DNA of 64,000 nucleotides from Planctomycetota bacterium. Its GTDB lineage: Bacteria; Planctomycetota; MHYJ01; WSZJ01. Position 1 is the first letter of the stretch. The number at the start of each line of letters is the position of its first letter. The notes beneath the pieces were generated by a model, which searched no databases, had not been told where the DNA came from, and saw only the letters and a list, made by a program, of their open reading frames with translations. Location of the stretch: assembly GCA_038060895.1 (NCBI GenBank), contig JBBTCT010000011.1:57919-121918 (forward strand). The letters run 5' to 3'. This document shows, in pieces, positions 28,445 to 36,940 of this stretch. Made by a program: the position numbers and the translations under genes.

Positions 28445-29146
28445 CTACTTCCGCGAGAGGTCGTCGTTCAGCTTCCCCTTCTCGTGCTCCCACCAGTCGT
28501 CCCACTCCGCGAAGTCGCCCAGCTTCTCGCCCGTGAGGCGGCGCATCGCGGCGCGGCAGGATTGAGCGACCTTCTCCTTGAAATTCTGGTGAGGGTCGCG
28601 ACCGGAGAATTTGCACTTGTGCCAGATGTCGAGAACCGCTTCGGCGCTCGACTTGGATGAAATCGCAGCCATCGCGTCGATGGCGGCGTCGATCGCGTCC
28701 AGGTCCTCTTTCTCGTGTTTGCTCACGCGTCCGCGCGCGAACGCCAGGAGCGCAGCAATCGAGGAACGATGACCCTGCTCCTGGATCGCGCTGCACACTC
28801 CCCTGAAGACCTGAATGTTCGACGCCGTCTTCGGGATAGTCGCGTTCAGCGCATCCGCCGCGTCACCGTTGTCCTTCATGCGCCCGAGCGCCGCGGCCGC
28901 CGCGACCCGCCAGTCGTCCGGGTTTCCGCTCAAGAGGATCCCCTGAAGAGCCACGATCACCTTCAGGTGCGGGCAGTCCCCCGCGGACTTGATCGCTTCC
29001 TTGATCGCGGCCGCGTCGCCGACTTTCACCGCTTCGGAAATCGCGTCGATCTTCGATTTCGCATCGGCATCGGTGGGCTTCGGCGGATCCTCGGCGAATG
29101 CGGGAGGGAGACAGAACAGAACCAGCAGGACGGTGGCTTGCTTCAT
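28445..29146 (-). CDS. Secreted HEAT-repeat protein, paralog 3 of tandem triplet
   Basis: Signal peptide; PTDADAK, CPH, R.AAA.ALGRMK, W..WW..K.K.NDDL shared with its neighbours. Confidence 0.8.
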   Translation of the reverse strand: MKQATVLLVLFCLPPAFAEDPPKPTDADAKSKIDAISEAVKVGDAAAIKEAIKSAGDCPHLKVIVALQGILLSGNPDDWRVAAAAALGRMKDNGDAADALNATIPKTASNIQVFRGVCSAIQEQGHRSSIAALLAFARGRVSKHEKEDLDAIDAAIDAMAAISSKSSAEAVLDIWHKCKFSGRDPHQNFKEKVAQSCRAAMRRLTGEKLGDFAEWDDWWEHEKGKLNDDLSRK

Positions 29147-29172
29147 TCGCGCGAGTATAGAACAGAGGCGCC

Positions 29173-29880
29173 CTATTTCGCGGTGAGGTCGTCGTTGAAC
29201 TTCGCCTTGTTGTCCTTCCACCACTCGTCCCACGCGTCCTGATTCCCCATCTTCTCGCCGAGCAGCCGCCCCAGCGCCTGCGAACAGTGCTTGCGCACCT
29301 TTTCGCGGAACTTGCTCGCCGGGTCGCGCCCGACCACCTTGTTCTTGTGCCAGAGATCGATCAACGCCTCGACGCTCGACTTCCACTTCAGGGCCCCCAG
29401 CGTGTCCACGGCCTCGTTCACCCCGGGCAAGTCCTCTCCGTCGCGCGAGCCAAGCCTGTGCTTGACCCACTCCTCGCAGACTCCAACGCTCGACGGGTGG
29501 TTGATGTTGCCGATCGCCGTGAAGCACGCCGACAGGACGCTGGATCTCTCTTCGTTGGCTTTCAGGGCGCCATGAAGCGCCTTCGCGGCGCCCGCTTCGT
29601 TCTTCATCCGCCCGAGCGTCTTGGCCGCTGCCGTGCGGCAGGCGTCGGTGTCACCGACCAGGATCTTCGCCAGGAGGCCCAGGACGCTCGCGTGGGGGCA
29701 GTCGCCCATGCTGTCGATCGCCGCCTGCTTGCTCTCCTCGCTCTTGTCCTTCACCGCCTGGTTGTACGCGTCGGTTCTTGCCTTCGCGTCCGCGTCAGTC
29801 GGCTTCGCGGGCGGAACTTCCTGGGCGAGCGCAGCCAGTGCGGTGAGGCAGGCGATGGCCGTCGTCGTCACGAGCTTCAT
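29173..29880 (-). CDS. Secreted HEAT-repeat protein, paralog 2 of tandem triplet
   Basis: Same architecture; ends WDEWWKDNKAKFNDDLTAK. Confidence 0.8.
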   Translation of the reverse strand: MKLVTTTAIACLTALAALAQEVPPAKPTDADAKARTDAYNQAVKDKSEESKQAAIDSMGDCPHASVLGLLAKILVGDTDACRTAAAKTLGRMKNEAGAAKALHGALKANEERSSVLSACFTAIGNINHPSSVGVCEEWVKHRLGSRDGEDLPGVNEAVDTLGALKWKSSVEALIDLWHKNKVVGRDPASKFREKVRKHCSQALGRLLGEKMGNQDAWDEWWKDNKAKFNDDLTAK

Positions 29881-29905
29881 GGTCGAGTCTCCGGTTAAGA
29901 GCGGC

Positions 29906-30619
29906 CTACTTCGTGGTCAGGTCGTCGTTGAACTTCCCCGCGTTCTTTTTCCACCAGTCTTCCCAGCCGTCCATGTCCTCGAAGCTCTCCCCCGTCAGGC
30001 GCTGAAGAGCGCGGTTGAAGCGGGCGTCGTCCTTCCAGCGGAGTCCCTTTCCGCCGCGCGCGCCGTTGGCAACGATGTTTTTTTTGCCGAGGTCGATCAG
30101 CGCGGAAACGCTTCCCTTCCATTTGAGCGCACCCATCGCATCAATCGCGGAATTGATCCCGGGCTGGTCGGCGCCGTCCCGCTTTGTGATGCGGTGGCTG
30201 ATCCAGTCTTTGCAGACCGCGACGGAAGAGCCGTGGTTGACTTCACCGATTGCGTCGAAGAGGGCGTCGAGGACCTTGGACTTCTCTTCGTTGGCGCCGA
30301 GTCCGCCGTGAATCGCCTTCGCGGCTTCCGGGAGGCCTTTCATTCTGCCGAGGGCCTTGGCCGTTGCGATGCGGACGTTTTCGGAAGGATCGCCGAGGAG
30401 CGGCGCGAGCGCCGCGGCCGTGGTGGCGTGAGGAGCATCGGCGCAGGCCGAAATGGCGGCGATTTTCGGGTCTTCCTCCTTGCCCTTGCACGCGACCTTG
30501 AGTTCGTCGACGCGGATCCTGGCGGCATCCGCGGCGGCCTTGGCTTCCTCCGGGGACTGGGCGAGCAGGCCTGAACTGAGAAGGCAGGTTGCGATGAAGG
30601 ACAACGCGATCTGTTTCAT
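29906..30619 (-). CDS. Secreted HEAT-repeat protein, paralog 1 of tandem triplet
   Basis: Same architecture; ends WEDWWKKNAGKFNDDLTTK. Confidence 0.8.
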   Translation of the reverse strand: MKQIALSFIATCLLSSGLLAQSPEEAKAAADAARIRVDELKVACKGKEEDPKIAAISACADAPHATTAAALAPLLGDPSENVRIATAKALGRMKGLPEAAKAIHGGLGANEEKSKVLDALFDAIGEVNHGSSVAVCKDWISHRITKRDGADQPGINSAIDAMGALKWKGSVSALIDLGKKNIVANGARGGKGLRWKDDARFNRALQRLTGESFEDMDGWEDWWKKNAGKFNDDLTTK

Positions 30620-30778
30620 GGGGTGATCCCTGAAGTGACGGGAATGGAACACCTGGGAGCGCAAAAAGTCTCGGCGAATGAGAATCGAACTTGGAAGACA
30701 CAAGTCATTGTTCTGTAAAGAGTTGTGTCATCTTCCTGACGGCGGGACAGAACCGGGAACCACCGGCGTACGCCGAAC

Positions 30779-32095
30779 CTACCCCTTCGCCGTCAGGAAG
30801 TAGACCGTGTCGAGCTTCGCCCTTCTCGCGACTTTCACCACGTCCTCCCGCGTCACATCCGCAACTTCCCTCAGCGACTCCTCCACCGTCTTTGCCGCGC
30901 CCGACAATCGCCTCTCGTACAACCCCGCAATCGCCCGCGCCGGCGAGTCCAGGACCGCCCGCGCCCGCTCCATCATCGCGCGCCGCGTCGCCTCCATCTC
31001 CGCGTCCGTCACCTTCCCCGCCCGGATCGAATCCAGCTCCGCCAGGATCACTTCCAGGCACTTGTCGAACTTCTTCAGGTCGATCCCCGCATGCACCATC
31101 ATCAGTCCTTTCGTCTTCTCCAGCGACGACCCCGCCGAGTAAGCAAGCCCTTCCCGCTCGCGCACGTTGACGAAGAGCCGCGAGTGCGCGAAGCCTCCGA
31201 ACACCCCGTTGAAGAATGACAGTGCCGTGGACTCCGGGTCCGCGTAGGTCACGCCGGTCCGGAACCCCATGACGAGTTTTCCCTGCTCGACGTCCATCTT
31301 CTCCACGACCCGGCGCGGCTCGCCAGTAGGGACATTCACGACCGTCGCAGGAACTTCCCCCACCACGCCGCGCTTGCGAATCCGGAACGCGCGATCCGCC
31401 ATCGCCGCCACCTCGTCGGCTTCCACTCGCCCTGCGACGTACAGCTCGATCGGCGCCGTCTCGAGAAGTCGCCGGTGCCGCGCCGTCAACGAAGCCGCGG
31501 TCAATTTCGCAAGTCCCTCCAGCGTCCCCATCTCGTTCGTCGCGTACGCCTCCCCGCGGCACATCGACTCCACGCACCGCACCGCCGCCCACTCCCCACG
31601 GTCGCTCATCAGGTCCTCCAGCGCGCGCCGCTGGTTCCGGACCTCCTGCTCCACGTAGTCCGCACGCAACCCCTTCCCGTTCCCCGCCGGGTCCGTCGCC
31701 ATCTCCGCGAGAAACTCCATCGCGCGCTTCACGTTCCCGGTCCGCCCCGGCAGATGCCGGTCCGCGACGCAGTCCACCCTGAACGACAGAACGTGGTTCT
31801 CCCCGATCTTCGCCGCATCCGCGTCCGCCCGCGCCCCGTACATCCCGTCCAGGTGCCCCGAAATCTTCCCCATCGTCGGCCGCTTCCGCGTCCCCCTCAT
31901 CAGCACGTGCGGAAGCACCGCGGTGGCCGAAGGGTCGTCGCCGAGGTGCGATCGCACGAAGAGCCGGAGGACGACGTTCTTGAAGCGGCCTGTCGGCTGG
32001 ACGAAGAGCGTGATCTTCGAGTCGAGCTCGTAGATGTGGAAGTCGGACCATTTTCCGCTTGGCGTCATTCGGGGCTCCGGGCGGTTGAGAAACAT
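30779..32095 (-). CDS. M16-family peptidase-like protein, non-catalytic (YmfF/YfmF-like)
   Basis: RFKN, LPHVLMRGT (no HxxEH), EQGKLVMGF, GGFAHSRLFVNVREREGLAYS. Confidence 0.8.
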   Translation of the reverse strand: MFLNRPEPRMTPSGKWSDFHIYELDSKITLFVQPTGRFKNVVLRLFVRSHLGDDPSATAVLPHVLMRGTRKRPTMGKISGHLDGMYGARADADAAKIGENHVLSFRVDCVADRHLPGRTGNVKRAMEFLAEMATDPAGNGKGLRADYVEQEVRNQRRALEDLMSDRGEWAAVRCVESMCRGEAYATNEMGTLEGLAKLTAASLTARHRRLLETAPIELYVAGRVEADEVAAMADRAFRIRKRGVVGEVPATVVNVPTGEPRRVVEKMDVEQGKLVMGFRTGVTYADPESTALSFFNGVFGGFAHSRLFVNVREREGLAYSAGSSLEKTKGLMMVHAGIDLKKFDKCLEVILAELDSIRAGKVTDAEMEATRRAMMERARAVLDSPARAIAGLYERRLSGAAKTVEESLREVADVTREDVVKVARRAKLDTVYFLTAKG

Positions 32096-32110
32096 GGAAG
32101 CGATGTTCGT

Positions 32111-32273
32111 GGTCTAAGGTCTAAGGTCTAAGGTTGAAGGTTGAAGGACCAGCTTCCCAGAGTGGCGACACCGTATCGAGCGGTACTGCCGAGGATGTTC
32201 TTTTCGATCTTCGACCTTCGACCCTAGACCCTAGACCTTAGACCTTCGACCCTCGACCTCAGACCCTTGAACC
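32111..32273. repeat. Inverted arrays of tandem heptamers
   Basis: (GGTCTAA)3(GGTTGAA)2, then ~55 bp, then ~9 YTMGACC-type units. Confidence 0.85.
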
Positions 32274-32283
32274 CAACGCCTCC

Positions 32284-34065
32284 TCACTTCCTGCCGAAAT
32301 GCTTCTCCAGTTCCTCGAGCGTAATCCTCAGCGTCACAGGCCTGCCGTGCGGGCACGTCTGCGAATGGTCGATTCTCACACGATCCTCCAGAAGCGCCCG
32401 CACTTCTTCGGGTGCCAGCCTCTCCCCCGCCTTGATCGCTGCCTTGCAGGCGCAGGTTGCGATGAAGTGATCCATCGCGTCGTCGGCGGCGCGGCCCGGG
32501 GTGGCGGTGTCGAAGTCCATCAGTATGTCGCGCACGATCCGCGCCGGGTCCTTCGTCCCGATCCAGTCCGGCGCCGCGTGAATCGCCAGGGCACCGGGGC
32601 CAAACTCTTCGATCTCGAACCCGAGGCGGTCGAGAAGCGGCCTCGCCGCCGCGATGACTTTCTCGCGCCCCGTGTCGCGCACGATCGCGGGGACGAGCAG
32701 CCGCTGCCGGGCGACGTCGTGCGCGAGCACGCGTGAACGGATCCGGTAGTAGAGGATGCGCTCGTGAAGAGCGTGCTGGTCGATCACGTTGAGGCCGCCC
32801 GGCACTTCCTCGATCAGGTACGCGTCGTGAAGCTGGTACGCCCTCCCGCCGGCTGCCATAGGCCGCATCGGTGGCGTGGGGTCCAGGACACCGGGGGGGA
32901 TGTCGCGCGGCTCGGCCATCGCGGACTTCCCGGGCGGCGGCGTGAGGAACACCGGCGTGTTTGCAGGCCGGGTGAAGAATTCCATCAGCTCCTGCTGGCG
33001 TTCGTTCCGCCGCTCGTCGGGCGTGCGCTGCACGAAGCTGGACCAGGCGTCTTTCGGCACGAACTGCTGGGGCACGCCGCCGGCCATGAGCCGCCCGCGA
33101 ATTTCGTCGCGGACGAAATCGTGCACGCGCGAGCCGTTCGCGAAACGGATTTCGATCTTGGCCGGATGGACGTTGACGTCGATGTCCTTCGGTTCGATAT
33201 CGACGAAGAGAAACACGGCGGGCGCCCGCCGGACCATGACGAGGTCGGAATACGCCTCGATGATGGCGCGGAACAGGACCTTGTCGCGCACCCAGCGGCC
33301 GTTGACCCACGTGAACTGCAGGCGCGTGTTGTTCACCGTGAACGTCGGACGGGCGACGTAGCCGCGCAGCCGGATGCCGCGCGCCTGTGCATCCACTTTC
33401 ACCAGCGCTTGCCGCAATTCCTTTCCGAAGTAATGCCCGATCCGCTCCGCGATGTCGTCCACGGGCGCCATCGCCGCGATCGGAATCGAGTCGCCCCGCA
33501 GCTCGAACCTCACGTCCGGACGCGCCAGCGCGAAGCGCGTGACGACGTCGCCGATGTGCGCCGCCTCGACCGGGGAGGTCTTGAGAAATCTCCGCCGGGC
33601 TGGGATGTTGCCGAACAGGTCCCAGGCTTCGACCGTCGTCCCCTCCGGCCCCGCGGACGGCTTGACCACTCCGACTTTCCCCGCTTCCGCCTCGATCTCG
33701 TGCGCCGCCTCCGTCCCGCGCGGCCGCGACACGATCCGCGCGCGCGCGACCTCGGCGATCGACGCCAGCGCTTCCCCGCGAAACCCGAAGCTCCGGATCT
33801 CGCTGAGGTCCGCCACCGCGGCCAGCTTCGACGTCGCGTGCGGCACGAAGGCCAGCGCGAGATCCTCCGGCCCCATCCCCGCGCCGTCGTCCGTCACGCG
33901 TATCAACCGGCGCCCGCCGTCTTCGAATTCAACTTCCACCCGAGTCGCGCCCGCGTCGAGCGCATTCTCGATCAGCTCCTTCACCGCGCTCGCCGGCCGC
34001 TCCAGCACTTCGCCGGCGGCGATGAGGTTGACGACGTTCGCATCGAGGACGTGGATTCGGGACAC
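32284..34065 (-). CDS. mutL: DNA mismatch repair endonuclease MutL
   Basis: IAAGEVLERPAS, GFRGEALASI, DVNVHPAK, DQHALHER, ACKAAIK, CPHGRP. Confidence 0.97.
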   Translation of the reverse strand: MSRIHVLDANVVNLIAAGEVLERPASAVKELIENALDAGATRVEVEFEDGGRRLIRVTDDGAGMGPEDLALAFVPHATSKLAAVADLSEIRSFGFRGEALASIAEVARARIVSRPRGTEAAHEIEAEAGKVGVVKPSAGPEGTTVEAWDLFGNIPARRRFLKTSPVEAAHIGDVVTRFALARPDVRFELRGDSIPIAAMAPVDDIAERIGHYFGKELRQALVKVDAQARGIRLRGYVARPTFTVNNTRLQFTWVNGRWVRDKVLFRAIIEAYSDLVMVRRAPAVFLFVDIEPKDIDVNVHPAKIEIRFANGSRVHDFVRDEIRGRLMAGGVPQQFVPKDAWSSFVQRTPDERRNERQQELMEFFTRPANTPVFLTPPPGKSAMAEPRDIPPGVLDPTPPMRPMAAGGRAYQLHDAYLIEEVPGGLNVIDQHALHERILYYRIRSRVLAHDVARQRLLVPAIVRDTGREKVIAAARPLLDRLGFEIEEFGPGALAIHAAPDWIGTKDPARIVRDILMDFDTATPGRAADDAMDHFIATCACKAAIKAGERLAPEEVRALLEDRVRIDHSQTCPHGRPVTLRITLEELEKHFGRK

Positions 34066-34092
34066 AAGGGCATGTTAGCGGGGCCCGCGAGC

Positions 34093-34196
34093 CGCGGACA
34101 GGTCCGCGACTTCCCTGCCGGGCGGCCTTCGCCTGGCGGTGAGTCAGCTTTGATTCCGGCGGTTGCGTCCGAAGGACGCAACCGGTGGAATCAAGC
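34093..34196. repeat. Three consecutive hairpins in a divergent intergenic region
   Basis: cgcggac-ag-gtccgcg; ctgccgggcg...cgcctggcgg; ttgattcc.ggttgcgtcc-gaa-ggacgcaacc.ggaatcaa. Confidence 0.6.
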
Positions 34197-34222
34197 GTGT
34201 CGAACCACTAGAATCGCCGGCC

Positions 34223-34633
34223 ATGAAGACCGCCTTTGCACTCTTCGCCGTGGCCCTCGCGGGGTGCGCTACCGATCCGAAGGAAGTCGCCGCCAGGGAC
34301 CGCGAACGGTCGCGAGAGGAAATCCGCCGCGTCGCGGACGAAGTCATCGGCGCGATGCGCGACAACCACCCGGAGGTCTACCATGCACACCTCTGCCGCG
34401 CGCAGCGGGAAGGCTATCCGCTGGAAGACATGCGCCGTGACTGGTCCGAATCGCACGCCGAAATGTCCCAGCTCGCTTCCAGCATGCAGGTGAAGACGGT
34501 TGCCGTCGATGAAGCGAACCCGAACATCGCCTCCGTGCTCGTCGCCGCGCCGAATCACCCGCGACAGAACCTGCTGATCGAGGCGATCCGCGAGGACGGC
34601 GCATGGCGGATCCGCGAGCCGCGGCTGAAGTAG
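34223..34633 (+). CDS. Lipoprotein, NTF2-like/DUF4878-like
   Basis: Lipobox LAGC; C-terminal REDGAWRI. Confidence 0.75.
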   Translation: MKTAFALFAVALAGCATDPKEVAARDRERSREEIRRVADEVIGAMRDNHPEVYHAHLCRAQREGYPLEDMRRDWSESHAEMSQLASSMQVKTVAVDEANPNIASVLVAAPNHPRQNLLIEAIREDGAWRIREPRLK

Positions 34634-34634
34634 C

Positions 34635-35663
34635 CTAGACGAACTGCTCGAGCTCCGACACCAGCTGCGCCGCGCTCGTGTAGCGCCTCGTGGGCGGAAT
34701 CTCGACGCACTTCTTCACGATCGCCTTGATCGCGTCGCTGTACGGAACGCGCGTCATGTCGACCAGCGTCCCGAGCCGCTTCTTCAGCATCTCCTGGTCG
34801 TACGCCTTTTTCACCGTCGGATCCTGGCGGTCGTACTCGCCCCAGCTCGCTTGCCAGTGTTCCTTCCTGAGCTCGAACCACCCTGGCAGGAACGGGGGGC
34901 GTCCGCAGGCAACCTCGTACATCGTCGCCCCCAGCGACCACAGATCGGCCGCGGGGCCGACCTGCGCCTGCGTCTGCGCCCCGACGACCTCCGGGGCCAC
35001 GTAGAGCGGCGACCCGCCGAGCCCGACCTTCGGCTCGTCGATCCGCATCGCCACACCGAAGTCGATCAGCTTCGCCAAAATGGCCCCCGCCTGCTGAAGA
35101 ACCTCCTTCTTGAAGATCTGCGTGTCCTTCGACCGCGACACGTTCGTCTCGGCGATCGAGCGCAGCCCGCTCGCCAGGAAATTCTCCGGCTTCACGTCGA
35201 GGTGCAGGAACCCCTTGCCGTGGACGTACTGAAGCGCGCGCGCCGCGTGCAGGAACACCGTCATGAAGTCGCGGCCGGACAGAAGCGGGGGCTTGGCGCC
35301 TTTCGTCATGTACCAGTCCCGCATGAAGGCGCGGAGGCTCGGCCCCTCGATCCACTCCATCAGGATCCAGGTCTCGGCACCGCTTTTCTGCCAGGCGATC
35401 GTGCGCGCGATGTTCTCGTGCTGCATCTGAAAGGAAATCTCGAGCTCGCGCTCGAGCTTTTTCTTCTGCGCGTCGGTTCCGGGGCGCACTTTTTTGATGC
35501 AGAACAGGCGCTTCGACTGCCGGTGCCGGACCTGCGACACGGTGCTCATCGCTCCAGGCAACAGGTCCTTCACGTGCTCGTAGTCCATCGCGAAGGGCGT
35601 TTCCTTCGGGTACTTCGCGGTCGAGCCCGTCTTCCCCCCCGTCAGCTTGTCGAAGAATCCCAT
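34635..35663 (-). CDS. Cytoplasmic Ser/Thr protein kinase (non-RD)
   Basis: CIKK, HLDVKPENFL, LIDFG, YVAPE, DLWSLG; degenerate Gly loop PGAMS. Confidence 0.85.
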   Translation of the reverse strand: MGFFDKLTGGKTGSTAKYPKETPFAMDYEHVKDLLPGAMSTVSQVRHRQSKRLFCIKKVRPGTDAQKKKLERELEISFQMQHENIARTIAWQKSGAETWILMEWIEGPSLRAFMRDWYMTKGAKPPLLSGRDFMTVFLHAARALQYVHGKGFLHLDVKPENFLASGLRSIAETNVSRSKDTQIFKKEVLQQAGAILAKLIDFGVAMRIDEPKVGLGGSPLYVAPEVVGAQTQAQVGPAADLWSLGATMYEVACGRPPFLPGWFELRKEHWQASWGEYDRQDPTVKKAYDQEMLKKRLGTLVDMTRVPYSDAIKAIVKKCVEIPPTRRYTSAAQLVSELEQFV

Positions 35664-35665
35664 GT

Positions 35666-36418
35666 TCAGCGCCCGTCCTTCAGCCGGAGGGCGTGGTATT
35701 CGGGGAGCTCCTTCGTCGCGAGGATCTTCTTCATCGCCGACTCGACGTCGTAGACGACGCGGTTGTAGCGGACGGTCTCCCCGTCGAACGTGACGTAGCA
35801 GGCGCGCGGGTCGCGGTCCCGCGGCTGGCCGACGGAGCCGACGTTGATGAGCGCCTTCTGCTCCGTGACCTTGTAGGTGTAGGCGATCTGCTTCGGGAAA
35901 ATGAACTTGTGGTCCGGCGTGAACACGCCGGGCTCATGCGTATGCCCTACAAAACACAGGTGGTCGATCATCGAAAAAATCTCATCCATCTTCTCGTGGT
36001 CGTGGCAGTCCGCAGGCCGCACGTATTCGCGCGTCGGAACCCTCGGCGAACCGTGGATGTAGAGAACCTTGTCCTCCACCATCCGGTCCCCCAGGTCCCC
36101 CAGGAAGTTCCACATGGAGTGGTTTTCTTCCTTCGACGCTTCTTTCCGGTTCAGCTGCTTGCGCGTCCACTCGATCGAGCGCGCGGCCTCCATGTTGAAG
36201 TCGGCCGCGATGAACAGAAGCGCATCCTCGTGGTTTCCGCGGATGCAGTCGTTGAAGTTCCGCGCCCGCAGGATGCACTCGCGCGGGTTCGGCCCGTAGC
36301 CGATCACGTCCCCGAGACAGTAGATGTCCGTGATGCCCTTGGACTCAATGTCTTTGAGGACCGCCTCGAGGGCGTCAATGTTCGAGTGAATATCGGAAAT
36401 GATGGCGCGTTCGGGCAC
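35666..36418 (-). CDS. Calcineurin-like metallophosphoesterase
   Basis: SDIHSN, GDVIGYG, GNHE, HGSP, GHTH, NVGSVGQPRD. Confidence 0.9.
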   Translation of the reverse strand: MPERAIISDIHSNIDALEAVLKDIESKGITDIYCLGDVIGYGPNPRECILRARNFNDCIRGNHEDALLFIAADFNMEAARSIEWTRKQLNRKEASKEENHSMWNFLGDLGDRMVEDKVLYIHGSPRVPTREYVRPADCHDHEKMDEIFSMIDHLCFVGHTHEPGVFTPDHKFIFPKQIAYTYKVTEQKALINVGSVGQPRDRDPRACYVTFDGETVRYNRVVYDVESAMKKILATKELPEYHALRLKDGR

Positions 36419-36499
36419 CGGGACCTCTCACGGGTATAGAACGGTGATGATACTGCGGGGGTTAGGGAATTCAAGATACGGGACCCCTCGCGGGGAAAG

Positions 36500-36667
36500 G
36501 ACAACTTCAAGACAGCGAACGCTCAAGCAAACGACAACTTCAAAAAGAAAGTCCCGCAGATTGACTCGAGCTCCTGTCCGGGATCGCGGATGCCAGCATC
36601 AGAGTGACCCCGAATTTGCCCTTTGTAGTTCGCTGTTTGCCTGAGAGTTCGCGGTCTTGAAGTTGTC
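36500..36667. repeat. MITE-like element with long imperfect terminal inverted repeats
   Basis: GACAACTTCAAGACAGCGAACGCTCAAGCAAAC vs reverse complement of right arm GACAACTTCAAGACCGCGAACTCTCAGGCAAAC (30/33 identical). Confidence 0.7.
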
Positions 36668-36682
36668 GTTGCCGCGAAGCGG

Positions 36683-36940
36683 CTACCCCTTGTTCACGCG
36701 ATAGACGTACGCCAGCACCTCCGCCAGCGCTTCATACAACTTCGGCGGCACCTGCGCCCCGATGTCCAGCACCGCCAGCGCTTCCACCAGGTCCCGGTCC
36801 GGGTGCACGGGCACGCCGGCATCCCTCGCAATCGCAAGAATCCTCTCCGCGATCTCTCCACGCCCGCGCGCCACCACCCGCGGAGCTTCGTCCGCGCCAG
36901 CCAGATACCTCAATGCCACCGCCACCCGGGAATCCGTCAT
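36683..36940 (-). CDS. FlhB C-terminal-like (EscU/YscU family) export switch protein
   Basis: AVALRY, APRVVARGRGEIAERIL, VPPKLYEALAEVLAYVY. Confidence 0.9.
   Translation of the reverse strand: MTDSRVAVALRYLAGADEAPRVVARGRGEIAERILAIARDAGVPVHPDRDLVEALAVLDIGAQVPPKLYEALAEVLAYVYRVNKG

Noticed and set aside
32111-32273. Possible CRISPR array
   Set aside because: 7-bp tandem units without spacers; no cas genes
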